From Barthelona sp. PAP020 (lineage: Eukaryota): DNA of 20,000 nucleotides. The notes beneath the pieces are model-generated. The model saw nothing but the letters and a program-made list of their open reading frames with translations. It did not search any database and was not told where the DNA came from. Positions 18,903 through 20,000 of the stretch are shown here, piece after piece. Position 1 is the first letter of the stretch. Each line of letters opens with the position of its first letter. The DNA is taken from contig JARQWU010000020.1 in NCBI GenBank assembly GCA_040182905.1, forward strand, positions 49,553 to 69,552, written 5' to 3'. Both the position numbers and the translations under genes were made by a program.

Positions 18903-19823
18903 ATGAATGATCAAAAAATTTTCACAAATAATCAAGAAATTATAATTTTAGCTGGGTTATCTTCAGACCCTTTGAAACATGAAGATGAAATTGTTGAATT
19001 ATTAAATATAATAGGGCAAGAAGAAAAACTAATGTCAAAAATATTTTTAAAACAGGTGTTTACTATTTTTCAAGGCATTGATCAGCAAAAAAATTTGAAA
19101 TTTTGCTATAAGATTTTGAATTTTATTCAAATACACTCAAAAATTGTCGCTAATACCTATTATACAGATATTAATGGATATTATGAACTAATAGAATGTA
19201 TTTTTGATGAAATAAAAGGAATATTTGAAAAAGACAAAAATAATTTATCCATTGTTACATTTCCTGGTGCTTTTTTTTTAAATTTGATAAATCCTCCAAT
19301 TATTTTCGAGAAATTATGTTGTTCAATTTTTGTTCAAACATTTCGAAAAATCTTTTCCCAAATTTACAATTTCTCAATAATTAATGACTTAACACAGATA
19401 GAAAAATCATTTTCAAGTGGAATTTTAATGGAATTGAATAATATATATTTCGTTGACACAACCTACTATGTGTTCATAAATAGTTTGTTAATAAGTTTTA
19501 AAAGTACGGTTGATTTTATCACAGTTAGTCAGTCACAAACTTTTTCAAATGATGAGGAAGTTTCTTGTGATGACAGTTCGTTTTGGAAAAATGTTTCAAA
19601 ATTAGCCAGAAGAATTGGCTTTGAAGATGTTCCAGAAAACATCACATTTTCTTTGCTTTTAAGAGGTTACAAAAAATTAGATGATCGCAAATTGAAATTT
19701 TTGGAAATATTGGCAAGTATTTTTCCACACACACAGAATGACCGTTCTAAATTCAAAAATTTTTTTAAAAAAGAATGGTCAAGAAGAATTGAACTTTCAA
19801 GCGACAGTGATGATTGCATTTGA
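18903..19823 (+). CDS. Hypothetical, probably alpha-helical protein (306 aa)
   Basis: Long ORF with first in-frame ATG at 18903, divergent from the TMEM147-like gene (88 nt apart); ends TGA then TAA. Confidence 0.75.
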   Translation: MNDQKIFTNNQEIIILAGLSSDPLKHEDEIVELLNIIGQEEKLMSKIFLKQVFTIFQGIDQQKNLKFCYKILNFIQIHSKIVANTYYTDINGYYELIECIFDEIKGIFEKDKNNLSIVTFPGAFFLNLINPPIIFEKLCCSIFVQTFRKIFSQIYNFSIINDLTQIEKSFSSGILMELNNIYFVDTTYYVFINSLLISFKSTVDFITVSQSQTFSNDEEVSCDDSSFWKNVSKLARRIGFEDVPENITFSLLLRGYKKLDDRKLKFLEILASIFPHTQNDRSKFKNFFKKEWSRRIELSSDSDDCI

Positions 19824-19914
19824 TAAAACTTCTGTTGTTTGTAAAACACACTTCCTTTTTTTCATTTATAATTTTTTTTTTGTTCATAGACTTTGTTTCT
19901 GAGAACTTGGGATT

Positions 19915-19972
19915 TTACTTGGGGGAGGGATCGAACTTGTCTTGAGCGTAATTGATGTCGAAGGGCAGTCTT
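19915..19972 (-). CDS. Possible terminal exon of a minus-strand gene continuing beyond the window (...RLPFDINYAQDKFDPSPK*)
   Basis: Minus strand reads T24-AAAG (polypyrimidine tract plus AG), then codons strongly biased to C/G endings as in trxB, ending at a TAA overlapped by AGTAAA. Confidence 0.4.
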
Positions 19973-19976
19973 CTTT

Positions 19977-20000
19977 AAAAAAAAAAAAAAAAAAAAAAAA
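19977..20000 (+). repeat. A homopolymer (24 nt or more) running off the window end
   Basis: Directly visible. Confidence 0.95.

Noticed and set aside
485..19849. Short ORFs nested in or antisense to the long genes (e.g. 485-724, 812-1033, 9225-9446, 14383-14727, 15814-16200)
   Set aside because: Alternate-frame or antisense shadows with no recognisable motifs.
19920..19940. Minus-strand GTTCGATCCC resembling a tRNA T-loop or B-box
   Set aside because: No paired T-stem, anticodon arm or acceptor stem can be built around it.
1..20000. Genome-wide alternative genetic code (UAR=Gln, or UGA=Trp/Cys)
   Set aside because: trxB ends at TAA at the expected length, other genes end in TAG or TGA, and long ORFs use TGG and TGY with no internal TGA. 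TGA recoding appears confined to 11008-11178.
1..20000. CRISPR arrays, rRNA, transposase/RT/integrase genes, or giant-virus origin
   Set aside because: No repeat-spacer arrays or mobile-element motifs were seen. IFT, PTPDC1 and probable Mediator genes indicate a cellular eukaryote despite the ankyrin genes and AT richness.

Overview
AT-rich, gene-dense, almost intron-free DNA from a flagellated microbial eukaryote; TAA, TAG and TGA all end genes. Recognisable genes are the 3' part of CLUAP1/IFT38, PTPDC1, a very divergent probable MED14, a proteobacterial-type thioredoxin reductase (trxB), two ankyrin-repeat genes and a probable TMEM147, plus several hypothetical ORFs. The best candidate novelty is missing from the ORF track: a 56-codon + strand ORF at 11008-11178 (MV-UGA-VACVIPLL, a TM helix, then NGG-UGA-GSFF) with two in-frame TGA codons in selenocysteine-like contexts, followed by a SECIS-like hairpin (11211-11290). 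It may be an unannotated one- or two-Sec membrane microprotein resembling UPF0729/C18orf32. Downstream is a GC-richer block (about 12.1-16.9 kb) holding two tandem membrane-anchored DJ-1/PfpI- or catalase-GATase-like paralogs separated by one in-frame TAA, divergent from trxB. A WGTAAA motif recurs at gene ends, and 2640-4370 remains unexplained. All family calls come from motif recognition by eye; no searches were run.
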